Assembly: GCA_964019425.1 (NCBI GenBank)
Contig: OZ025797.1
Span: forward strand, 496,001 to 560,000
Length of the DNA: 64,000 nucleotides
Direction of reading: 5' to 3'
Origin: Flectonema sp. DT1601
Taxonomy: Eukaryota
Made by a program: the position numbers and the translations under genes. Below are positions 22,401-34,513 of the stretch, one piece after another (the first letter of the stretch is position 1; each line of letters begins with the position of its first letter). The notes under the pieces were generated by a model. That model was not told the DNA's origin, did no database searches, and worked only from the letters and a program-made list of their open reading frames with translations.

Positions 22401-25400
22401 CACTGCAACGGGTACTTCAGTAACAATGTGTATTGTCGATGAATGTACTGCAAACACAAATCCTTGCGGTACTGGAGGGGATCAAACTTGTAACGATCCA
22501 GAAACTTCATCAAACTCGAGAAATGACTTTGTCTGCACCTGCACTGCTGATACAAGTGTCACAAAAATCAACGGACCTGCCACCTGCACAAAAGACGAGT
22601 GCTCACCGAACCCTTGTGACACAGCTCAGATGCAAACCTGTAACGATCCGAACTCGTCACCTTCATCGACTGGTGACTTCGTCTGCAGCTGCCCCAACGG
22701 AGTTACCGCTACGGGTGCCTCTGTTGCGACTTGTGTTATGGATGAATGTGTGACCGTAATGAACCCTTGTGGTACTGGAATGGATCAGACCTGTAGTGAT
22801 CCAAACACAGCCTCCAACTCTCCAAATGACTTTGTCTGCACCTGCACAGCAGACACAACCGTCACTAAGACAAATGGCCCTGCCACCTGCATAAAAGACG
22901 AGTGCTCACCGAACCCTTGTGACACAGCTCAGATGCAGACTTGCAACGATCCGAACTCGTCACCTTCATCGACTGGTGACTACGTTTGCAGCTGCCCCAA
23001 CGGAGTTACCGCTACGGGTGCCTCTGTTGCGACTTGTGTTATGGATGAATGTGTGACCGTAATGAACCCTTGTGGTACTGGAATGGATCAGACCTGTAGT
23101 GATCCAAACACAGCCTCCAACTCTCCAAATGACTTTGTCTGCACCTGCACAGCAGACACAACCGTCACTAAGACAAATGGCCCTGCCACCTGCACAAAGG
23201 ACGAGTGCTCACCGAACCCTTGTGATACAGCTCAGATGCAGACTTGCAACGATCCGAACTCGTCACCTTCTTCGCTTGGTGACTTTGTGTGCAGCTGCCC
23301 CAACGGAGTTACCGCTACGGGTGCCTCTGTTGCTACTTGTGTTATGGATGAATGTGTGACCCTAATGAACCCTTGTGGTACTGGAATGGATCAAACCTGT
23401 AGTGATCCAAACACAGCCTCCAACTCTGTGAACGACTTTGTCTGCACCTGCACAGCAGACACAACCATCACTAAGACAAATGGCCCAGCCACCTGCACAA
23501 AAGACGAGTGCTCACCAAACCCTTGTGACACTGCTCAGATGCAAACCTGTAACGATCCGAACTCGTCACCTTCATCGACTGGTGACTACGTTTGCAGCTG
23601 TCCAAATGGTGTCACTGCCACGGGTGCCTCTGTTGCTACTTGTGTTGTGGATGAATGTGTGACCGTAATGAACCCTTGTGGTACTGGAATGGATCAGACC
23701 TGTAGTGATCCAAACACAGCCTCCAACTCTGTGAACGACTTTGTCTGCACCTGCACAGCAGACACAACCATCACTAAGACAAATGGCCCTGCCACCTGCA
23801 CAAAAGACGAGTGCTCACCGAACCCTTGTGACACTGCTCAGATGCAAACCTGTAACGATCCGAACTCGTCACCTTCATCCACGGGTGACTTCGTCTGCAG
23901 CTGCCCCAACGGAGTTACCGCTACGGGTGCCTCTGTTGCGACTTGTGTTATGGATGAATGTGTGACCGTAATGAACCCTTGTGGTACTGGAATGGATCAG
24001 ACCTGTAGTGATCCAAACACAGCCTCCAACTCTCCAAATGACTTTGTCTGCACCTGCACAGCAGACACAACCGTCACTAAGACAAATGGCCCTGCCACCT
24101 GCACAAAAGACGAGTGCTCACCGAACCCTTGTGACACAGCTCAGATGCAAACCTGTAACGATCCGAACTCGTCACCTTCATCGACTGGTGACTTCGTCTG
24201 CAGCTGCCCCAACGGAGTTACCGCTACGGGTGCCTCTGTTGCTACTTGTGTTATGGATGAATGTGTGACCGTAATGAACCCTTGTGGTACTGGAATGGAT
24301 CAGACCTGTAGTGATCCAAGCACGGCTTCTACTTCGGTAAATGACTTTGTTTGTACCTGCACTGCTGACGCAACCATCACTAAGACAAATGGTCCTGCCA
24401 CCTGCACAAAAGACGAGTGCTCACCGAACCCTTGTGACACAGCTCAGATGCAGACTTGCAACGATCCGAACTCGTCACCTTCATCGACTGGTGACTACGT
24501 TTGCAGCTGCCCCAACGGAGTTACCGCTACGGGTGCCTCTGTTGCTACTTGTGTTATGGATGAATGTGTGACCGTAATGAACCCTTGTGGTACTGGAATG
24601 GATCAAACCTGTAGTGATCCAAACACAGCCTCCAACTCTCCAAATGACTTTGTCTGCACCTGCACAGCGGATACAAGTATCACTAAGACTAATGGAGCAG
24701 CAACATGTTCGGATGACGAATGTTTAGCAATGCCGTGTGGTGGTCAGACTTGTAATGATCCAAACCCTGCACCATCATCTCTGATGGACTTCACCTGTAC
24801 TTGTGCTAATGGAATCGTAGCCACTGGTGGTACTGCTACTTGTGAATCTGATGAATGTTTAGCAGGGACTCCTTGTGGTACTGCACAGACTTGTAACGAT
24901 CCAAATATAGCTGCGAACAGTCTTCAAGACTTTGTATGTTCTTGTAATAATGATGCGATGTTAAGAAATACTGGAGGTCCTGTTGGTCTTTGTATTGATG
25001 ACGAGTGTAGTACTTCTGTTTGTGGTATGACTCAGGTTTGTGATGATCCAAATCAATCAGCTGGTAGTACTGGTGACTTTACTTGTACTTGTCCAGCACC
25101 AAATCAGGCTATTTCTGAAGTAGGAAGACCAGCAACATGTTCTTCTGGTACAATGGATGAATGTACTCCATCACCATGCGGTATGACTCAAGATTGTAAT
25201 GACCCTGATACAACAGTAATGAGTATGAATGATTACGTTTGTACTTGTCAGGTAGGTACTGGTAGTAGTATCGGATCTCCAGCTACCTGCACATTAAATG
25301 AATGTGACACCACACCATGTGGAAGTGGTCAAGATTGTAATGACCCTAACCAAGGTGCAACAAGCATAATGGATTACACCTGTACTTGTGTAGCACCAAC

Positions 25401-28400
25401 AACAGGAAGTTCTACAGCAGGTCCAGCAACTTGTGTACAGGATGAGTGTTCTGGAACTCCTCCTTGTACAGCTGGTCAGACCTGTACTGATCCAATTACA
25501 ACTCCTCAGTCACTGTTAGACTATACTTGTACTTGTAATAATGGTGTTGTTGCTATTGGAGCACCAGCAACATGTACTGTTGATGAATGTTTAGATCTTA
25601 CTAACCCTTGTGGTACTAATATGGATCAAATGTGTAATGATCCTAGTACAGCATCTAGTTCTCGAAATGATTTTATCTGCACGTGTAATGCTGACATGTC
25701 TATCACTCAGACTGGCGGTGCAGCTACCTGTTCTTCTAACGAGTGCGACTCCACTCCCTGCGATGCTGCACAGATGCAAACCTGCAATGATCCGAACCCT
25801 TCTCCTTCATCCTTTGGTGACTTCACCTGCAGCTGTCCAAACGGAGTTGTTGCAACTGGTGCTGCAGTTGGCATGTGTGTGAATGATGAGTGCGTAACCA
25901 CAATGAACGCCTGCGGTTCTGGTATGGATCAGACCTGCAGTGATCCAAGCACAGCCTCCAACTCCCTTCATGATTTTGTTTGCACCTGCACCGCCGACAC
26001 TTCAATCACTAACATTGATGGTGCAGCAACCTGTTCCACTGATGAGTGTGCTACTGGGCCTTGTGATGCTGCCCAGATGCAAACGTGCAATGACCCTGTC
26101 CAGACACTGGCGTCAACTGGTGACTTCACCTGCAGCTGTCCAAACGGAGTTGTTGCAACTGGTGCTGCAGTTGGCATGTGTGTTGATGATGAGTGCATGA
26201 CTACAATGAACCCTTGTGGTACTGGAATGGATCAGACCTGCAGTGATCCAAACACGGCCTCCAACTCCCTTCATGATTTTGTTTGCACCTGCACCGCCGA
26301 CACTTCAATCACCAACATTGATGGTGCAGCAACCTGTTCCAGCGATGAGTGTGCTACTGGGCCTTGTGATGCTGCCCAGATGCAAACGTGCAATGACCCT
26401 GTCCAGACACTGGCGTCAACTGGTGACTTCACCTGCAGCTGTCCAAACGGAGTTGTTGCAACTGGTGCTGCTGTTGGCATGTGTGTGAATGATGAGTGCG
26501 TAACCACAATGAACGCCTGCGGTTCTGGTATGGATCAGACCTGTAATGATCCAAACACGGCTTCCAATTCCCTTCATGATTTTGTTTGCACCTGCACCGC
26601 CGACACTTCAATCACCAACATTGATGGTGCAGCAACCTGTTCCACTGATGAGTGTGCTACTGGGCCTTGTGATGCTGCCCAGATGCAAACGTGCAATGAC
26701 CCTGTCCAGACACTGGCGTCAACTGGTGACTTCACATGCAGCTGTCCAAACGGAGTTGTTGCAACTGGTGCTGCTGTTGGCATGTGTGTGAATGATGAGT
26801 GCGTAACCACAATGAACGCCTGCGGTTCTGGTATGGATCAGACCTGCAGTGATCCAAGCACAGCCTCCAACTCCCTTCATGATTTTGTTTGCACCTGCAC
26901 CGCCGACACTTCAATCACTAACATTGATGGTGCAGCAACCTGTTCCAGCGATGAGTGTGCTACTGGGCCTTGTGATGCTGCCCAGATGCAAACGTGCAAT
27001 GACCCTGTCCAGACACTGGCGTCAACTGGTGACTTCACCTGCAGCTGTCCAAACGGAGTTGTTGCAACTGGTGCTGCAGTTGGCATGTGTGTTGATGATG
27101 AGTGCATGACTACAATGAACCCTTGTGGTACTGGAATGGATCAGACCTGTAGTGATCCAAACACGGCTTCTAATTCACTTCATGATTTCGTGTGTACCTG
27201 CACGGTAGACACTTCGATTACAAACATCGATGGACCTGCTGTCTGTAATAATAATGAGTGCGACTCTAATCCTTGTGATGCCACTCAGATGCAGACCTGC
27301 AATGATCCAATTCCTACTTTGAGCTCAATGGGTGACTTCACCTGCACCTGTCCAAACGGTGCCAGTGCAACTGGTGCTGCTGTTGGCATGTGTGTGAATG
27401 ATGAGTGCATGACTACAATGAACCCTTGTGGTTCTGGAATGGATCAGACTTGCAATGATCCAAACACGGCTTCTAATTCCCTTCACGACTTTATCTGTAC
27501 CTGTACAGTTGATACCTCAATCACTAATGTTGATGGCCCTGCGACTTGCAGTAACAACGAGTGCGTTCCTAATCCGTGTGACGTCGCCCAAATGCAGACC
27601 TGTAACGACCCGATAGCCACTCTGAGCTCAATGGGTGACTTCACCTGCAGCTGTCAAAACGGAGTTGTTGCAACTGGTGCTGCTGTTGGCATGTGTGTGA
27701 ATGATGAGTGCGTAACCACAATGAACGCCTGCGGACCTGGTATGGATCAGACCTGCAGTGATCCAAACACGGCTTCCAACTCCCTTCATGATTTTGTTTG
27801 TACCTGTACAGTTGATACCTCAATCACTAATGTTGATGGCCCTGCAGTATGTAGTAATGATGAGTGTATGAATAATCCATGTGATGCATCACAGATGCAG
27901 ACTTGTAGCGATCCAAACACTTCTTCAGCTGGTGACTTCATATGCAGCTGTCCAAATGGTGTGACTGCTACTGGCGGGAGTGTCAATAGTTGTGTCGTTG
28001 ATGAATGCACCCCATCACCATGTGGTGCTGATCAAGATTGTAATGATCCAAACGACGCGTCAAACTCTCTTCACGACTTCACTTGCACCTGCAAATCGAA
28101 TCCTTCGATTGTTAAGACTGACGGAGCAGCGAGGTGCTCAAAAGATGAATGCTCTGGAACCAATCCTTGTGGTACTCAAACGTGTAATGACCCAGATACT
28201 ACTTTAACATCTATCAGTGACTTCACTTGTACCTGCACTAACGGAGTTGTTGCTACTGGAGTACCAGCAACGTGTGAGAATGATGAATGCGCTACAGGTA
28301 CCCCTTGTGGTTCTCAGACATGTAGTGATCCAAACACAGCAGGTAATAGTATTCGAGACTTCACATGTACCTGCATGAATGATCCAACGATAGTAAGAGT

Positions 28401-31400
28401 TGGAGCACCAGCAACATGTGACAAAAATGAGTGTGCAAGCAATCCCTGTGGTCAGACTCAGACGTGCGTCGATCCTGTTCAGACTTTAAATTCTGTTTTA
28501 GATTTCACCTGCACGTGTCCAAACGGTGTTCGCACCACTGGAGCATCTGCTGTTTGTGAAACTGATGAATGTAACCCATCACCTTGTGGTGTAGATCAAG
28601 ATTGTAATGATCCGAATATGGCTGCTAATTCTCTTCATGACTTCAGTTGTATGTGTAAATCTGACCCAACAATTGTAAAAATTGATGGAGCTGCCAGATG
28701 TTCAAAGGATGAGTGTGCCAGTAATCCATGTGACATGGGACAGACCTGCAATGATCCGAACCCAACGTTGATTGACATCAATGACTTCACCTGCTCCTGT
28801 TCAAATGGAATTGTAGCAACAGGAGGAGCAGCTACTTGTGTTACGGACGAATGTGCATCAACTCCTTGTGGAATGGATCAAGATTGCTTCGAACCAAACG
28901 ACGCGTCAAACTCTCTTCACGACTTCACTTGCACCTGCAAATCGAATCCTTCGATTGTTAAAACTGACGGAGCAGCGAGGTGCTCAAAAGATGAATGCTC
29001 TGGAACCAATCCTTGTGGTACTCAAACGTGTAATGACCCAGATACTACTTTAACATCTATCAGTGACTTCACTTGTACCTGCACTAACGGAGTTGTTGCT
29101 ACTGGAGTACCAGCAACGTGTGAGAATGATGAATGCGCTACAGGTACCCCTTGTGGTTCTCAGACATGTAGTGATCCAAACACAGCAGGTAATAGTATTC
29201 GAGACTTCACATGTACCTGCATGAATGATCCAACGATAGTAAGAGTTGGAGCACCAGCAACATGTGACAAAAATGAGTGTGCAAGCAATCCCTGTGGTCA
29301 AACTCAGACTTGCGTCGATCCTGTTCAGACTTTAAATTCTGTTTTAGATTTCACCTGCACGTGTCCAAACGGTGTTCGCACCACTGGAGCATCTGCTGTT
29401 TGTGAAACTGATGAATGTAACCCATCACCTTGTGGTGTAGATCAAGATTGTAATGATCCGAATATGGCTGCTAATTCTCTTCATGACTTCAGTTGTATGT
29501 GTAAATCTGATCCAACAATTGTAAAAATTGATGGAGCTGCCAGATGTTCAAAGGATGAGTGTGCCAGTAATCCATGTGACATGGGACAGACCTGCAATGA
29601 TCCGAACCCAACGTTGATTGACATCAATGACTTCACCTGCTCCTGTTCAAATGGAATCGTCACAACTGGGGCTTCAGCAGTTTGTGAAGTTGATGAATGT
29701 TCTCCATCACCTTGTGGTACCGAACAGGATTGCAAAGATCCAAATGTAGCTGCCAACTCTCTCCACGACTTTACCTGCACTTGTAAGTCTGACTCAACTG
29801 TTGTAAAGACAGATGGCCCAGCTAGGTGCTCAAAAGATGAATGCTCTGGAACCAATCCTTGTGGTACTCAAACTTGTGATGATCCAAACACAAGTGTTCA
29901 GTCTCTAAATGACTACACTTGCACTTGTCCGAATGGAATGAGTGCAACCGCAGCTATCGCCAACTGCGGTACTGACGAGTGTGATGCCAACCCGTGCGGA
30001 CCTGGTGAGATTTGCAAAGACTTCGACTTCCTTTTACAGGGTGACTTTGACTGTGCGTGTCCATTTGGACTCCAACACAATGTTGGAGCACCTGTTGGAA
30101 ACAACTGCAATGAGTGCACACCAGGAAATGTAGGAAGTCCATGTACGTGGGTTGGTCATCCAGGAGTAGTTGAAACCTGTATCGATCCAAACCCAACAGC
30201 GGACAGTTTGAATGATTTTATTTGTGAATGTATGAATGGAGTCACGAAGGTTGGAGGCGCGGCAGACTGTGACCAAACAGGAGAGTGTTCAACCAGCCCT
30301 TGCGGTGACTACCAAGTTTGCAGCGATCCAGATATCTCAGTGACTGGTGATTTCATCTGCACTTGTAAAGTAGATCAATCAACAATGATTGGAGCACCAG
30401 TAGGTTCATGTAAATTAGATGAGTGTTCTCCTCCTGGTGGTGTTATTCCATGTGATCCAGGTACCCAGACTTGTAGAGATCCTAATACTTCACCAGGTTC
30501 CCTAAAGGACTTTATCTGTGAGTGTATGGATATTAATGGAATGATGTTTTATGGTACAGCTGTTGGTAAGCAAGCAGACTGTACTACTTACATGGTTTGT
30601 TATTTGTTGTTTTCATCATTTTTCTTCGTTAACCGCGTCGAGTTTCTTTTTAATTAATAAACGAAATAATCAGCCAACTGACGCTCCAGACACTGATGCC
30701 CCTCCACCAGTTCCAACACCCGTTCCAAACACCAATTCTCCGCCAGGAACGATGCAGACACCAGTTCCTGACTCTGATGCTCCGGTGACTGTGAACACAG
30801 CCTCACCGTCAACACCTGTGCCAAACACCAACTCACCAGCTGGCAGCACGCAGACTCCTGTTCCTGATACTATGGCACCTGTTCCAACTCAGTCACCGTC
30901 AACACCTGTGCCAGACACTAACTCACCGGCTGGCAGCACGCAGACTCCTGTTCCTAATACTATGGCACCTGTTCCAACTCAGTCACCGTCAACACCTGTG
31001 CCAGACACTAACTCACCAGCTGGCAGCACGCAGACTCCTGTTCCTAATACTAGGGCACCTGTTCCAACTCAGTCACCGTCAACACCTGTGCCAGACACTA
31101 ACTCACCGGCTGGCAGCACGCAGACTCCTGTTCCTAATACTATGGCACCTGTTCCAACTCAGTCACCGTCAACACCTGTGCCAGACACTAACTCACCAGC
31201 TGGCAGCACGCAGACTCCTGTTCCTAATACTAGGGCACCTGTTCCAACTCAGTCACCGTCAACACCTGTGCCAAACACCAACTCACCAGCTGGCAGCACG
31301 CAGACTCCTGTTCCTGATACTATGGCACCTGTTCCAACTCAGTCACCGTCAACACCTGTGCCAGACACTAACTCACCGGCTGGCAGCACGCAGACTCCTG

Positions 31401-32305
31401 TTCCTAATACCAGGGCACCTGTTCCAACTCAGTCACCGTCAACACCTGTGCCAGACACTAACTCACCAGCTGGCAGCACGCAGACTCCTGTTCCTAATAC
31501 TGTGGCACCTGTTCCAACTCAGTCACCGTCAACACCTGTGCCAGACACTAACTCACCGGCTGGCAGCACGCAGACTCCTGTTCCTAATACTATGGCACCT
31601 GTTCCAACTCAGTCACCGTCAACACCTGTGCCAGACACTAACTCACCAGCTGGCAGCACGCAGACTCCTGTTCCTAATACTGTGGCACCTGTTCCAACTC
31701 AGTCACCGTCAACACCTGTGCCAGACACTAACTCACCAGCTGGCAGCACGCAGACTCCTGTTCCTAATACTATGGCACCTGTTCCAACTCAGTCACCGTC
31801 AACACCTGTGCCAGACACTAACTCACCACCTGGCAGCACGCAGACTCCTATTCCGAATACCACCAGTCCGACAATTGCTGGCGATAGTCCTGCGGTATGT
31901 CTTTGTTTTGTTTTGTATTCTGATATACTGATCTGTGCGTGGTCTGTATTCACAACTTTAATCAATTAGTAATATTATCTCTTCTTGAGAGATAATACAA
32001 ATATTCTAAAACAGGACCTTTATGGTGCTGGAAATACTGAAGATAGTAAGTCAGGTACCCCACTTTGGATATTTATTGTAATCGCAGTAGCGGTTCTTCT
32101 CTTGTGCGGTATCCTTGCTGGTTTTGCGATGAGGAAGAATGGAAACAAAGATGATGTGGATTTTGATGAATTCATGGAGAACGTTGATCATGCCACGGCT
32201 AACCAAAATCAAAACCAACGTGGTTTTGTACCACTGCAAGAATACAGTCCTCACGCACAGTACAATTTTCAAAATGGAGCATCCTGGCAGGTGGGAACTA
32301 TTTAG
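19423..32305 (+). CDS. Giant (~4,227 aa) type I membrane protein: signal peptide, CAP/SCP domain, ~70 six-Cys EGF-like repeats, mucin stalk, TM, short tail; join(19423..30594,30674..31894,32015..32305)
   Basis: CAP motifs HNEFRAYHG, GENLA, GHMTQVVW, LICNY..AGN. Two phase-0 GT-AG introns (30595-30673, 31895-32014) join three ORFs in frame. TM segment LWIFIVIAVAVLLLCGILAGFAM. Confidence 0.9.
20251..30583 (+). repeat. Coding tandem array of ~150-bp EGF-like units with higher-order 303-, 846- and 870-bp duplications
   Basis: Unit DEC..PC...QTC.DP........D[FY].C.C......G...C; near-identical nucleotide blocks at these offsets. Confidence 0.95.
30803..31860 (+). repeat. Coding 90-bp minisatellite (~12 units) encoding a 30-aa Pro/Thr/Ser mucin repeat
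   Basis: APVPTQSPSTPVPDTNSPAGSTQTPVPNT[M/R/V] repeated with few substitutions. Confidence 0.95.
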
Positions 32306-33610
32306 TAAGATGGTTGCCTCGAATGGAATTCGTGAAATAAATCTTTTCAAACAAGAGCCGAAAATACTGAAAGGAACTAAAACACCACAATGTGACGAAA
32401 AGGGAACTAGTGAATCTTAAGTTGAGAAAAAAAACAACAACAGCAATTGTTAAGAAGCGGGTTTTAGCAATGTTGTCTGAAAACATCTGAATGAAAAAAA
32501 AATTAAAACGGAACAATCCATAGAACAAGGAGTACTAAATAGAAAACTAGGCGAGTTCTTGAGACAAATAACTGTGAGGCTTATTATGTGGGTTGAAAAG
32601 AAGGGAGAAAGAAAAAAAGAAAAAAGTCATAACGTTGATACTTAATCGCAAAATACTTTTATTTTTAAATGTTAATTTAGTAGTAGCATTTTGTAAAGAA
32701 AAAAAAAAAGAAGAAAAAAACGTTTTTGCCAATCTGGCGAATACTACACGACAGCACGCTCTCTCTTCACTTACTTGCACAAGCTTGCGATAATATTGGT
32801 GGGACCGTCGGATTTTCTTGGTGTTAAATTCATTGAAGGAAACTAATCTAACACGGAGAGGCAATTCAAGCGTTCGTTTATTTGTTTCTTTCAGTTATTT
32901 AAGGTCGCCAGTTGGGTCCTTTCTACTTGCGATGAATTCCATCCCTCAGGTGGGGTGGTGTTTGTTAATCGAAAAAATGAAAGTCCTTCCCTCCTCCCCC
33001 AGTAACCCCCCCCCTGCTGTACCACTTTTTTTAAAAATGCGAACCTTTCTATCAAAATGCTAATGTAGTTCCAACGGGTGCTAGCGTATCTTATCGCCTC
33101 CCCTAGTGCTAATACTACCTTGTAGAAAGGTGAGTGAGGTGGTTGGTGTATTGTATCATAAATTACTAATAATTATTTAGTTAACATTTTGATGCAATAA
33201 ATATATTTATATCTTGATGGGTATGCTACCCTTCAGGATAATGATTAATACTCTTTGCGATATCTTCACGAAGAGTATGTAATTACTTTTTAAGGAGGTC
33301 CTTTGATACAGACTTTCGTTTTCTTTGATGTGAAGCTCATTTGATGCTTACTACTATTACTTATTTTTTATTTTATTTTATTTTTTTGTTATTAGAACAC
33401 AAGTTTCGATACATTGAGTAAGTTAATGTAACTTTGTGTGAATACAATCGGCTCAACAAGACTTGTAAGAATTTCGCAGCCTTCGCCCCCTCGTTTTCCC
33501 CAAAGAAGTTGCTCTTTATTTTTTCACACAACAAAACTAAGAGTAGTTTGGTACTAATAAAAAGAGCTTTTTGTAACTACTGAAGTCTCGAAATTTTTTT
33601 TATATTTTTT

Positions 33611-33643
<33 letters not shown>

Positions 33644-34480
33644 AGAACAGTACTCAGAGTACGTCTTCAGATTAACTCAGTAGATTCTGAACCTCTGTTC
33701 GCAAATTCCCGTTCTATGTAATCGTTGGTCTCAATTACAGAATACAACATTCCCCCCTCCCCCAACGTCTTAATACAAAAACCAATTAGTATAACTCGGG
33801 AATGAGATTACCTCTCTTGTTCGGGTCATAGAACTCCTTGCTGTGGTACTATTGACTTTTTTTGGTGACGTAATTTCCTTCCTAATTTTTGGATGATTTT
33901 TTTTTTTTTTTTTCCCACCCTTTTTTTGTTTCGGAGGTGGTTAATACCTCGCTCGAACGTTACTTTCCTTTCGTCGCTTCATTAGAAATTCGAAAACTTA
34001 CTTTTCGATTTTTCACCAAGTCGACTGCTGCATAAAAAAAAAGATTATAATCCAAATTGAGGATTTAATTCAGAGATATGTACATCCTACCCCCCCAATG
34101 GGCCCCCCCCATCCATGTTGCGTGTTAGCCTTGATTTATTTATCCAAGTCCCCCCATCCATGAGCTTAATACTTGCATTCATAGTGACAGTCAGTCAACA
34201 ACTTTTTTTGTTTTGGAAAAACAAAAAAAAAAAAAAAAAAATGCCGCAGACACTTTCAAAAAACAGTCGGATTCTTTGAGAATAAGTTGTGTTGCTGTCT
34301 AATTATTTTTTACGACTATTTTTATGGTTCTAGTTTATCTTTTATAAATTATTACGTCTATAAGAGTGAACCTTTGATACTTTTGTACAATCAGAAGTTG
34401 GAATATTTATTGCGGTGCAAACCTGCTTAGGGACACCCTCTCACTAGGTTTTAGTATCTATGTTTCCCTCGAGGGGAATT

Positions 34481-34513
<33 letters not shown>

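Noticed and set aside
20147..30276. Numerous short alternative-frame and antisense ORFs in the giant gene
   Set aside because: Shadows of the repetitive coding sequence.
30803..31860. CRISPR-like array
   Set aside because: No unique spacers; it is an in-frame coding minisatellite in a eukaryotic gene.
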